A DNA stretch of 64,000 nucleotides from Candidatus Thorarchaeota archaeon. Lineage in GTDB: Archaea; Asgardarchaeota; Thorarchaeia; Thorarchaeales; Thorarchaeaceae. This document shows positions 19,650 to 28,857 of this stretch, one piece after another (within the stretch, counting starts at the first letter, position 1; every line of letters starts with the position of its first letter). The position numbers and the translations under genes are program-made. The DNA is taken from NCBI GenBank assembly GCA_016933575.1, contig JAFGAR010000028.1:128001-192000 (forward strand). The letters are read 5' to 3'. The notes beneath the pieces were generated by a model. That model was not told the origin of the DNA, did not search any database, and was given only the letters and a program-made list of their open reading frames with translations.

Positions 19650-21032
19650 TTGAAAAGTGAGGAACAACTTACACCCTCAGAGGATACCCCTGCTGCTTGG
19701 TTTCAAATGGGTTCAAGACTAGCTTCGGAAGGAAGACTAGTAGAAGCTGAACGAGCAATCAAGATTGCCGTTGACATGCAGGAGCAATTCCCGATTGCTT
19801 GGGCTATTCTCTGTGCAATACTACTCTCTCAGGGAAAGGAAACAGATGCAGAAAAAGCTGGGAAAAAGGCAATCTCTCAATGTTCAGAATTGAAAATGAC
19901 TTGGCCAATATTTCGCAGTATCATACTCAAGCATGCAATAAGAAAAGGAGCGAATTGGAAAATACCCAAGAGAATCTCAATTGATGAAGAAGGTTTATCA
20001 AAATGGGGTGAGACTCTGGCAATATTCTCAAAGGCAGTCACAGATGAAATTGAAACTGTCAAGGCTCCTGCAATTAAACCGGATATTGAAAAAGAAAAAC
20101 CAGAAGAAAAAACAATAGACACTCCCACTCCCCCTTCTGTCAAATTAGAGCGTGAGAAATTACCCTCGTATTCGTCAAGAACAGTTGAAGGCTTAACAAA
20201 GCTTATGGATCGAAAACTAAAAACTACGAAGAGCACTCAAGTAACATCTCCTGATGAGAGAGATGAGAAAACAAAACAATCTGAACTACCAACCTATTCG
20301 TCAAGAAAAGTAGTTGATGTTACAGAGAAATACTATGAAGAACTTGAGAGTCCAGAAGAGAGTAGCAGTAGTTCACCTGAATGGACACCAGTAACTCCGG
20401 GTCAATCACAGACATCTGAAGCATGGTACAGTGCGGCTGAAGTACATTTACGTCAAGGTCGTTTTGACCAATCCGAGCAATCTCTCTTGAGAGGTTTATC
20501 AATGGACCCCAAGAATGGAAAAGCTTGGCTCAGACTTGGGAGTCTTCTAATGAGGAGAAAGAACTATCAAGATGCTCAAGAAGCATTCGAAAAAGCAACT
20601 CAGTTCCTCAATAGAAATGTGGAGGCTCTGAGTGCTCTGGGAGATTGTTTGCAGGAACAACATAAATGGAGAGAGGCATTTCAAGTATTATCAAAGGCTG
20701 CAATAATCGAGCAAAATAGACCTGATATCTATCTCAAAATAGGTATCTCAGAATACAACCTGGGTCTATATCAGGATGCATCAAGAAGTTTTCTTAGAGT
20801 TTTGCGGATTGCACCTAGTCAAAAAGATGCAATGTTCTACTTAGCTCAATGTATGGAGAAGCAAGGTAATAGAAAACATGCACTCAGTCTTTACATCAAA
20901 CTGATGAATCTAGGCAATCTTTCTTCAGAGATGTATGAAAAGATGTCAGGTGCATTTGAGCGATTAGGTAGGCAGTATGAAGCTAGAGAGTCTAGAAGAC
21001 AAGCGGTCCTCGCAAGGCAAGCTGGAAAGTAA
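19650..21032 (+). CDS. TPR-repeat protein with central low-complexity linker
   Basis: N-terminal and C-terminal TPR arrays separated by a P/S/T/E/K-rich linker; probable TTG start after GGAGGAG. Confidence 0.8.
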   Translation: MKSEEQLTPSEDTPAAWFQMGSRLASEGRLVEAERAIKIAVDMQEQFPIAWAILCAILLSQGKETDAEKAGKKAISQCSELKMTWPIFRSIILKHAIRKGANWKIPKRISIDEEGLSKWGETLAIFSKAVTDEIETVKAPAIKPDIEKEKPEEKTIDTPTPPSVKLEREKLPSYSSRTVEGLTKLMDRKLKTTKSTQVTSPDERDEKTKQSELPTYSSRKVVDVTEKYYEELESPEESSSSSPEWTPVTPGQSQTSEAWYSAAEVHLRQGRFDQSEQSLLRGLSMDPKNGKAWLRLGSLLMRRKNYQDAQEAFEKATQFLNRNVEALSALGDCLQEQHKWREAFQVLSKAAIIEQNRPDIYLKIGISEYNLGLYQDASRSFLRVLRIAPSQKDAMFYLAQCMEKQGNRKHALSLYIKLMNLGNLSSEMYEKMSGAFERLGRQYEARESRRQAVLARQAGK

Positions 21033-21046
21033 TTCGTCAAGAGATT

Positions 21047-21775
21047 CTATTGAAGCATCGTATTCAATCTAGGCAGTATCTCACCAGCTTTTCCTGACAG
21101 ATGCAAATCCGCCATAGATGTAAGAGGTGTACTCTCGACATTTACTTCAATAATTGTCCCCCCATTCTGCTTTACTAATATTGGGAATGATGCTGCGGGT
21201 TGCACTAAAGCTGAAGTCCCAATGACTATACATGCATCTGCCTTTTGCAATTGGTCATATACGACTGAAATGATCTCTTGGTTAAGCTGCTCTCCAAACC
21301 AGACAACATCAGGTCTGAGGTTACGATTGCATTCAGGACAGGTAGGAATACCAACTGCAGGCTCTTCAAGTCTACCAAGATGACCGCATGAGGTACATTT
21401 CAATGCCCAGATATTTCCATGGACCTCGAAGACCTTTCTTGATCCAGCTCTTCTATGGAGACCATCGACATTCTGTGTTATCAAGCTCTTCAAAATCCCA
21501 GTTCTTTCCCAACTTGCCAGAACTGTATGTGCTGGATTTGGATTGCATTTTGAAATTAAGTGCTGTCGCCAAGTGTACCATTCCCAGACTAGTTTTGGAT
21601 TCTTTGCAAATGCATCAGGAGTTGCTAGTTCCATGGCATCATAATTACGCCACAAACCATCTTTTCCACGAAATGTAGGAACATTGGATTCTTTTGAGAT
21701 CCCTGCGCCTGTAAGTGCAATAAGATATTTTGATTGTTTGATGGCTGTTGTTGCTTCAGAGAAAGAATCAACCAA
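21047..21775 (-). CDS. cobB: NAD-dependent protein deacylase (sirtuin, CobB type)
   Basis: TGAGISKES.VPTFRG, TQNVDGLH, EVHG, Zn CxxC..CxxC, RPDVVWFGE, GTS; probable TTG start at 21775 after GGTGA. Confidence 0.93.
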   Translation of the reverse strand: MVDSFSEATTAIKQSKYLIALTGAGISKESNVPTFRGKDGLWRNYDAMELATPDAFAKNPKLVWEWYTWRQHLISKCNPNPAHTVLASWERTGILKSLITQNVDGLHRRAGSRKVFEVHGNIWALKCTSCGHLGRLEEPAVGIPTCPECNRNLRPDVVWFGEQLNQEIISVVYDQLQKADACIVIGTSALVQPAASFPILVKQNGGTIIEVNVESTPLTSMADLHLSGKAGEILPRLNTMLQ

Positions 21776-21908
21776 TCTAGTCACCGCCAAGTGTATTGAG
21801 GAAAGAGTCATAAGGTATTCATGAAATATAGATGCCTCCGCCATCAATCTTATTAAGGGCTTACATTGATAATTATTCACTATTGTGAATGATTGTTGAG
21901 GGAATTCG

Positions 21909-22391
21909 ATGTCTCGATCTGAAAGCAAACAAGTTAAGAAAAGAACATGGATGATGCCACAAGAAGTGGAAGTTTGGTATGTCCTTCCTGCAATTAGGCG
22001 TGAATTGGCCAAGATATTGAAGACCAAAGCAGTACAGAGGGTGGGTGAAGATGGCAAAATCAAGGAACGCAAAGTCACACAGAAAGAGATTGCCAAGATA
22101 CTTGGAGTGACTGAACCAGCAATAACACAATATCTGCTTAAGAAAAAGGGGAGAAGATCTAGAGGGGATCAAGTCATTATTCCAGAAAAATTCATCCCGG
22201 AGATCGATAAATCCGCAGATAAAATGTTAGCCACATTCGAAGAAGGCTACAATATTGAGAATATGTTTGAAGACATGACGCGTGAAGTGAATAGAATAAT
22301 AAAACTCATGCGCGATGATGGAGCAATGTGCGACATCCACAGACAATTCTCTGCTCATGTTAAAGGCGATTGCAACGCTTGTAAGAAGTAG
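21909..22391 (+). CDS. Archaeal HTH transcriptional regulator with C-terminal Cys/His metal site
   Basis: 'PQEVEVWYVLPAIRRELA', HTH 'TQKEIAKILGVTEPAITQY', C-terminal C-x2-H...C-x2-C. Confidence 0.8.
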   Translation: MSRSESKQVKKRTWMMPQEVEVWYVLPAIRRELAKILKTKAVQRVGEDGKIKERKVTQKEIAKILGVTEPAITQYLLKKKGRRSRGDQVIIPEKFIPEIDKSADKMLATFEEGYNIENMFEDMTREVNRIIKLMRDDGAMCDIHRQFSAHVKGDCNACKK

Positions 22392-22441
22392 TTCTATCAA
22401 GCAAAGGCTTAATTCCAAGTAACTAGACCCCAGTTTCTGTC

Positions 22442-23179
22442 TTGGGGTGTACATTATTGACAGGAGAAATTATTGTCTCTATCCAGGATTCGTATGCGAT
22501 CGTAAAGATATCGAGACCTGATAAGATGAATTCTGTAACCAAAGAGATGTTACAATCATTTGATGAGAGTGTTGCAAGAATTGCTAATGATCCCAAAATA
22601 AGAGCCATCATTTTTACTGGTGAAGGAGATCGATCATTCTCCGCAGGTTTTGATCTAGAGATGGTGAAGAAGCTAGAAGGAAAAGATGCAATCGATTTCT
22701 TCAAACTCCTTGAGAAGACCATAAATCGGATCAAGGAAAATCGAACATGTATCACAATAGCAGCTGTGAATGGTTTTGTTATTGGATTTGGGGCGATGGT
22801 TGCTAGTGCTTGCGATTTTAGAATATTCTCTGAGAGTGCAATCTTTAGATTGCCGGAAGTTGAGCTTGCAATCTTTCCTGGAGCAGGTGCCGCTTCAAAT
22901 CTACTCTATTTAGTTGGACCCGCCAGAACAAAGGATATTCTCATGACAGGAAGGAAGGTTTCTGCGAAAGAAGCTCTTCAGATTGGCCTAGCAGATATGC
23001 TGGTAAAGAAAGAAGAAATAATGGAAAAGACAATGGAGTTTGTCCAAGAACTACTTCGAAGAGATGCCAAGATACTTTTACATACAAAGACTCTTGTTGA
23101 CGGTATGACTGGAAAAGAGCTTCAGGAAGCCGCTGACCTTGAGACTCAATATCTTGACGAATGGCTCCGAGAGTTCTAG
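22442..23179 (+). CDS. Enoyl-CoA hydratase/isomerase family protein
   Basis: 'RPDKMNS', 'FSAGFDL', 'IAAVNG', 'LPEV...FPGAG'. Confidence 0.88.
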   Translation: MGCTLLTGEIIVSIQDSYAIVKISRPDKMNSVTKEMLQSFDESVARIANDPKIRAIIFTGEGDRSFSAGFDLEMVKKLEGKDAIDFFKLLEKTINRIKENRTCITIAAVNGFVIGFGAMVASACDFRIFSESAIFRLPEVELAIFPGAGAASNLLYLVGPARTKDILMTGRKVSAKEALQIGLADMLVKKEEIMEKTMEFVQELLRRDAKILLHTKTLVDGMTGKELQEAADLETQYLDEWLREF

Positions 23180-23262
23180 ACCATCGTAGTTGAATTAAAC
23201 AACCTTACACCCATTCGTTTAATTAGGAGATATGAAGAGGTGGATTCCCTCAATTCGGAGAG

Positions 23263-24249
23263 ATGAAGAAAATGACCAAGAAGGCAGTAATCGCAATTGG
23301 TGGAAACAGTCTCATTAAAGACAAGCAGCACAAGACAGTACCTGACCAATATGCTGCAACAGCAGAAACATGCAAGCATATAGCTGATATGATTGAGCAA
23401 GGTTGGGATGTCGTAATCACATCTGGAAATGGTCCTCAAGTCGGATTCATATTACGACGTTCAGAATTATCAGAACATGAACTCCACCCAGTTCCATTGG
23501 ATTATTGCGGTGCTGATACCCAGGGAGCAATCGGATACATGATTCAGAGAGCCATGTACAATGAGTTCCACAAACGGAACATGATTAAGAACGCAGCCTC
23601 AATTGTTACACAAGTGCGAGTTTCAAAAGATGACCCTGCTTTTGAAGACCCAGCAAAACCAATCGGTTCATTCATGGATGAAAAGGATGCAAAGAGTAAG
23701 GTTGAGAAAGAGGGATGGATTGTAAAAGAAGACTCAGGAAGAGGGTGGAGAAGAGTGGTTGCTTCACCAATTCCAAAAGAGATCGTTGAACTCCCAGCAA
23801 TAAAGGCACTCATTGATCAAGGAATTATTGTCTATGCTGTAGGGGGCGGAGGCATTCCTGTAGTCGCTTCAGAAGACGGTTTACTTGAGGGTGTTGCCGC
23901 GGTCATCGACAAAGATAGAGCGTCCAGTCTATTAGCTACAGGTCTCGATGCAGACGTACTAATCATCTCTACGGCAGTTGAGAAGGTCTATCTCAATTAT
24001 GGTAAGGAAAACCAACAGGCTATTGATAAAATGGACCACATTCAAGCTCAGCAGTATATCCAAGAAGGACACTTTGCTCCAGGAAGTATGTTGCCTAAAA
24101 TCGAATCTTGTGTTGAATTCATCAAGAATGGTGGCGAGATGGCTATCATCACAGACCCACCAAACATCTCCAGAGCTCTACGAGGAGAAACTGGAACAAG
24201 AATTGTTGCAGGATTCGCAGTTCCGCCACCGCCTGAGAGAAGACCATGA
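23263..24249 (+). CDS. arcC: Carbamate kinase
   Basis: 'AIGGNSL', 'GNGPQVG', 'KPIG', 'RRVVASP', 'GGGGIPV', 'AVIDKD', 'GSMLPK'. Confidence 0.95.
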   Translation: MKKMTKKAVIAIGGNSLIKDKQHKTVPDQYAATAETCKHIADMIEQGWDVVITSGNGPQVGFILRRSELSEHELHPVPLDYCGADTQGAIGYMIQRAMYNEFHKRNMIKNAASIVTQVRVSKDDPAFEDPAKPIGSFMDEKDAKSKVEKEGWIVKEDSGRGWRRVVASPIPKEIVELPAIKALIDQGIIVYAVGGGGIPVVASEDGLLEGVAAVIDKDRASSLLATGLDADVLIISTAVEKVYLNYGKENQQAIDKMDHIQAQQYIQEGHFAPGSMLPKIESCVEFIKNGGEMAIITDPPNISRALRGETGTRIVAGFAVPPPPERRP

Positions 24250-24300
24250 TGAGACCACTACATTAATTGTGTAGTGTGTATCTGTGCAACATGATGAAAC

Positions 24301-24681
24301 ATGTGTCCTAAACAGATTGTAACAGATAACGCTCCAAAAGCTATAGGTCCATATTCACAAGGCATAGTGTCACAGGGGTTTGTATTTTGTTCTGGGCAAA
24401 TTCCAGCAAATCCTAAGACAGGCGAATTGGTGACGGGATCAATTACTGAACAGACTCATCAATCCTTATCGAATGTGAAAGGAGTGATAGAAGCTGCTGG
24501 CTCTAGTATGAGTAAGGTAGTGAAATGCACTGTCTTTCTAAGAGACATGAATGATTTTGCAGAGATGAATCAAGAATACGCAAAATGGTTTTCAAATCCT
24601 CCTCCAGCAAGAGCAGCTGTACAAGTCGCAAGACTCCCAAAAGATGTTGGTGTCGAAATAGAGGCAATCGCTGAGCTATAG
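24301..24681 (+). CDS. ridA: RidA family reactive-intermediate deaminase
   Basis: '[10 protein letters not shown]', 'SGQIP', 'PAR', 'VEIEAIA'. Confidence 0.93.
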   Translation: MCPKQIVTDNAPKAIGPYSQGIVSQGFVFCSGQIPANPKTGELVTGSITEQTHQSLSNVKGVIEAAGSSMSKVVKCTVFLRDMNDFAEMNQEYAKWFSNPPPARAAVQVARLPKDVGVEIEAIAEL

Positions 24682-24898
24682 AGAGTCAATATTCCCTATA
24701 GGTGGTTATATACAAGTCTAAGGATAATAGAATATCCAGAAGAGGTGTAGTCACCGCAGACTGGATTATCTTTGGGGAAAAGAGTGCATGTTAGCTGAGC
24801 CACCACCTTTCTACTCATTATGACGTGCCTGCTGTTTGGTAATACTTTTATCCCCGTCCGACCGGTTTGATTGTGCATGACGGGTGGTAGATTAAAAT

Positions 24899-26032
24899 AT
24901 GAACTCAAGTAATGTGAAACTCTACGGAGTTCTAATTGCAGTAGTGCTAGTTGCTGCTTTTGCTTTAGCAGGAATTGTTCTTCTACAACCACCAGCTGAA
25001 GAGCCAGATGTGCCCTTGGTTGTTGTCATTGGAAGAACTGGTACGACTGAAAATGTCACTTTGACAGAAATGGAGTCAATGACTACCATTGCAGGTAATA
25101 GTTCATACCAAAATTCGTATGGAAATATACGAGGATACGGTTCGTATACTGGCGTGAAAATTTCAGATCTTGTGGATCTTGTTGGCGGAATGTCAGAAAA
25201 CGATACCCTACAGGTTACAGCTTCAGATGATTATATGATAACTTTCGAATTCGGGAAGGTCTATCCAAATTCAAGTATTTTGGCAATTCAAGGTGATATG
25301 ATTTTAGCATATGAATACAATAGCACAACCGTACCAGACTATGAAGATGGTTTCAGAATTGCCTTCATGCCAGATGATGGCTACTACTCAAATGAAGATG
25401 CCAATGCTACCACAGAACCAGATCCTTCAGCAGCTGGGCCGCAATGGGTGTCCAAAGTTGTGAAGATACAAGTTCTAGCTCCTGAAACAACAGTGATGAC
25501 ATTAAATTTTGAGGATACAACCATCGAATTCAAACTATCAGAAATCAAGGCATTGACTCCAATAAGCGGTGAGGGTGGTTATAGAAAGTCTACAGGTACA
25601 ATCAATGGACCGTATGAAATAACAGGAGTGGCATTTAGTACACTTCTAGGTTTGCTTCCAACATTACCAGACAACTATACATTGACAGCGATAGCTAGAG
25701 ATGATTGGACAACTGAGTACACGAAAGCTATGGTGGAAGGAAGACTCAGTGGGTATACACCGACTGGAGATCCGATTGATTTGATCAACTCGACTATGGT
25801 TCTTGCCTATGAGATAGACGGAAGTCCAATTCCAGATGAAGATGGGCCTTTAAGAATCACTTTCATCAATGAAGATGGAAATCTAACAGATGGTCCCCTA
25901 TGGGCAAAGAAGATTTTCAACATCACATTAACAGAAATCCCTACAACGCCTAGCCTTGTCGAAAATCTCACAGTTGGTGTAGATATCAACTATGATATAT
26001 GTATCATAATGGCACAAGTCAAACTGATATAG
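24899..26032 (+). CDS. Membrane-anchored protein with two tandem molybdopterin-oxidoreductase (sulfite-oxidase)-like domains
   Basis: N-terminal TM; two repeats of 'TGV..S.L...A.D.Y/W...M.LAYE..G/S...G..RI.F...W..K'. Confidence 0.6.
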   Translation: MNSSNVKLYGVLIAVVLVAAFALAGIVLLQPPAEEPDVPLVVVIGRTGTTENVTLTEMESMTTIAGNSSYQNSYGNIRGYGSYTGVKISDLVDLVGGMSENDTLQVTASDDYMITFEFGKVYPNSSILAIQGDMILAYEYNSTTVPDYEDGFRIAFMPDDGYYSNEDANATTEPDPSAAGPQWVSKVVKIQVLAPETTVMTLNFEDTTIEFKLSEIKALTPISGEGGYRKSTGTINGPYEITGVAFSTLLGLLPTLPDNYTLTAIARDDWTTEYTKAMVEGRLSGYTPTGDPIDLINSTMVLAYEIDGSPIPDEDGPLRITFINEDGNLTDGPLWAKKIFNITLTEIPTTPSLVENLTVGVDINYDICIIMAQVKLI

Positions 26033-26122
26033 ATTAATTATGCCCTCAGAACAATCCTTTTCTTTGTTCTTTTCAGGCGAAAGAATGAAGAAAAGATATT
26101 CTAAGAGTCCTTTGAGCGAGGA

Positions 26123-26764
26123 GTGATTACAATGACTTTACCATACACCGATAGCAAGGATATTGATACACTCCTTGGTAGAGCTGCCACTTTGATAGAG
26201 AAGAAGCTCTTCGATGAGGCACTTGTCACTCTTCAGCATGGCCTATCTTTGGATCCGGACAATCCGAAAACATGGGAGCGTATTGCTGCATGCAATCTTG
26301 AAATGGGAAAACCAAAGATGGCAATTGAGGCACTCAATAACTTATTACGAATCCAGCCAAATTCCTACTCAGGGTGGGCAGATAAAGGTCTATTACATTT
26401 ACTAATGAATGAAACATCAGAAGGTATTGGTGCTCTCAAAGAGAGTCTACGACTGAATCCAAGAAGAGCAAGAGACTGGGAACTTCTAGCAACTGTATTG
26501 ATTTCAGAAGAACGATGGGATGAAGCACTTGACGCCCTCGAAAAGACCCTAGATATGAATCCGAATTCAGCTGTCACATGGTACAATCTGGCTATTGTCT
26601 ATCTCTTTTTCGAAGAACTCAATTTGGCAGTACAAGCAGCAGAAGTCGCCTTCTCAATTGATCCATCCCTCAGAGAACTTGCAGAGGACTGGATAGACAT
26701 GGTCGATGAAGATGATACCGAAGATGAAGATGATACAGCACTCTATGATTTTGCGGCAAGTTGA
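26123..26764 (+). CDS. TPR-repeat protein with acidic tail
   Basis: About five 34-aa TPR units (e.g. 'LSLDPDNPKTW', 'LDMNPNSAVTWYNLA'). Confidence 0.85.
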   Translation: MITMTLPYTDSKDIDTLLGRAATLIEKKLFDEALVTLQHGLSLDPDNPKTWERIAACNLEMGKPKMAIEALNNLLRIQPNSYSGWADKGLLHLLMNETSEGIGALKESLRLNPRRARDWELLATVLISEERWDEALDALEKTLDMNPNSAVTWYNLAIVYLFFEELNLAVQAAEVAFSIDPSLRELAEDWIDMVDEDDTEDEDDTALYDFAAS

Positions 26765-26765
26765 T

Positions 26766-28652
26766 TCATTCTTCATCTAATGACGCAAGCTCACTCTCTA
26801 TTGATTTCACAAAATTGGATATTTTGAAACTCTTGGCTGCTTCAAGAGCTTGTTGAAGTGCAGATCGAATTCTCTGCAATTCTTTTTCCCTATCAGCAGG
26901 ATTTGTGATGTTTGTCAATTCTTCTCGTTTCTTAGGAAGCATACTGAGAAGACCTTCTATTGCATCTTCAGCTTCATCCCGGCTTGTAAATGTGCTCTCT
27001 TGACCAGGATCATATGATGACAATATTCGTTCAATCTGCTCATGGATTTTTTTGTATTCCTGCAAAGCACCCGAGAGAATCCTGTGTACTTCACCCTCAG
27101 TTTCAGCTTCCTCCAAAGCATTAGATATCTTCTCTATGGCTTTTTCTAAGTACTCCTTCCTATCTGAAAGATTACTCCGTTTTCGTTCAAGCCATCTCCA
27201 TTCATTGGAGATATTCCGGATCAAAGCTGATGCATGATTGATAGTTTCGCGGTATTGGTCATATCTGGCCATTGCCTCAGTGAAATCTGACTCAAGCGTG
27301 TCAATAACATGCGAGAGTTGAAAACTGAGCATATCACTTGCTTGAGCCTCAGCTAGAACACGACTCTCCTTAATTGCACGATTAGCGACTGCCCAGAGAC
27401 GTTCAACATCCTCGGGATTCATATCAGTGCGTTTTCTGACCTCCAATTCTTCAGATAATTGTGAGATGTCATGATTAATCGATTGTAGTTCTTGCATCTT
27501 TGCTTTTAGTAATGCTTTGCCCAAGCGCGTGTTCAAATCATTAGTCAGCATTTTACGCTCCTCAGGTACTTCCTGCAAAGCTTGTGTGTTATCAATCAGG
27601 ATCTGAAGGGCTTTTTCGAAATCTCCAACAGCTTCATGGAATAGTCCTTCTTGATATTGCTCATCTCCCTTCCTTTGCAATTCTAAGGCACTCTCAAGAA
27701 CATCATAAGGTGATGTCTTCAACAGACTATCTCTGAGTAACAATGGATAGGTTGAATGAAGGTCTAATGGATGACCAGATGCCATAATACGTAAAATATG
27801 AATACAATCAGCTGTTGCAACATAGATAAGGTCGCCTTCTGCAGTGAGATAATCGATCTTCTGATTGTCCAGAGCGATACTACCTAACTCATCTCCTTTC
27901 TTCAGGTCCCACAAAGTGACATTCCCAGGAGATACTGCTCCAAGGAGATAGTTCTCTGTTGTCCACATTGAAGTCACAACATTGGCATTCTTTACTTCAA
28001 ATGTTCGTACCAATTCCCATGCTGTTCGCTCATATACAGCAATTTCTCCAGAAGGTGTACCGATGAAGACAAACTCGGAGTTGCCACTGACAATACCACC
28101 CTTGCCTTTCTTATCAAGTCTTGCAAGTTCTGAAGGAGCAGCATCAGACTCTTTCAACCATACCTTTGGCTCTTCTTTTTTCGTACTAGTACAAATTATC
28201 TTTTCATCAGACCATATGCTAGTGAGATCAGATTTGTGAAGTTGCCAACTTGAAGTCTCATGGGTGTCTTTCTGAATTGATACAAGACGTCCATCTCGTG
28301 CTCCAACGAAGAAGAAATCGCCTTGAAGTCTAGAAGTGACAGCTTGATAGCTCAATTCGAACCATCCTATCATGCCCCATGTGTCTTTCTTCCAAACATA
28401 TACTCTCTTCTCACATGTAGCATAGACCTGTTCATCATCAACATCAACAGCAAGTAGGTCTGAACCTGTTTCGCCAAGCTCAGCAATAAGTTCCCAATTT
28501 GTTTTTGACCAGACACGAATTCGCTGATCACGACACGCGGCGTATAGAAAGTTCTCATCATAATCGATATCAAAAGCATCAACACTTAGCTCGGATACAG
28601 TCTCATGACTGATGAGATTTAAATCATTCTTCCCCGTCGATGAGTGGTCCAT
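26766..28652 (-). CDS. WD40-like beta-propeller + MIT/TPR-like helical bundle + coiled-coil protein
   Basis: About seven ~38-40-aa blades (IRVWS, VYVWK, PKVWL, VTLWD) in residues 1-290, then an all-helical, heptad-rich C-terminal half. Confidence 0.75.
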   Translation of the reverse strand: MDHSSTGKNDLNLISHETVSELSVDAFDIDYDENFLYAACRDQRIRVWSKTNWELIAELGETGSDLLAVDVDDEQVYATCEKRVYVWKKDTWGMIGWFELSYQAVTSRLQGDFFFVGARDGRLVSIQKDTHETSSWQLHKSDLTSIWSDEKIICTSTKKEEPKVWLKESDAAPSELARLDKKGKGGIVSGNSEFVFIGTPSGEIAVYERTAWELVRTFEVKNANVVTSMWTTENYLLGAVSPGNVTLWDLKKGDELGSIALDNQKIDYLTAEGDLIYVATADCIHILRIMASGHPLDLHSTYPLLLRDSLLKTSPYDVLESALELQRKGDEQYQEGLFHEAVGDFEKALQILIDNTQALQEVPEERKMLTNDLNTRLGKALLKAKMQELQSINHDISQLSEELEVRKRTDMNPEDVERLWAVANRAIKESRVLAEAQASDMLSFQLSHVIDTLESDFTEAMARYDQYRETINHASALIRNISNEWRWLERKRSNLSDRKEYLEKAIEKISNALEEAETEGEVHRILSGALQEYKKIHEQIERILSSYDPGQESTFTSRDEAEDAIEGLLSMLPKKREELTNITNPADREKELQRIRSALQQALEAAKSFKISNFVKSIESELASLDEE

Positions 28653-28857
28653 AATATTACCACCGATACAATGGCTCTAATAACATGATTTAGGACAACT
28701 TATGGCAGTTTCCTTTTGCACAAAAACACCCTAACGTGCGATTTATCGAACTTAGAACGGGAGAATACATGACACAATCGTTGAAAAGGGAGAAACCACA
28801 CACAGAAAGCACTTAAGACATTTACAGGTGAAAGCCATATTAGATGGAGGTAGGTCT

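Noticed and set aside
21776-22096. 107-aa N-terminal extension of the sirtuin in the ORF track
   Set aside because: It overlaps the divergent HTH gene; a GGTGA-preceded TTG at 21775 gives a normal-length CobB.
24246-24297. Two ATGATGA (C-box-like) motifs around a CACTACA/TGTAGTG hairpin, a possible C/D sRNA
   Set aside because: No CTGA D or D' box, and the first motif overlaps the arcC stop. More likely a simple intergenic hairpin.
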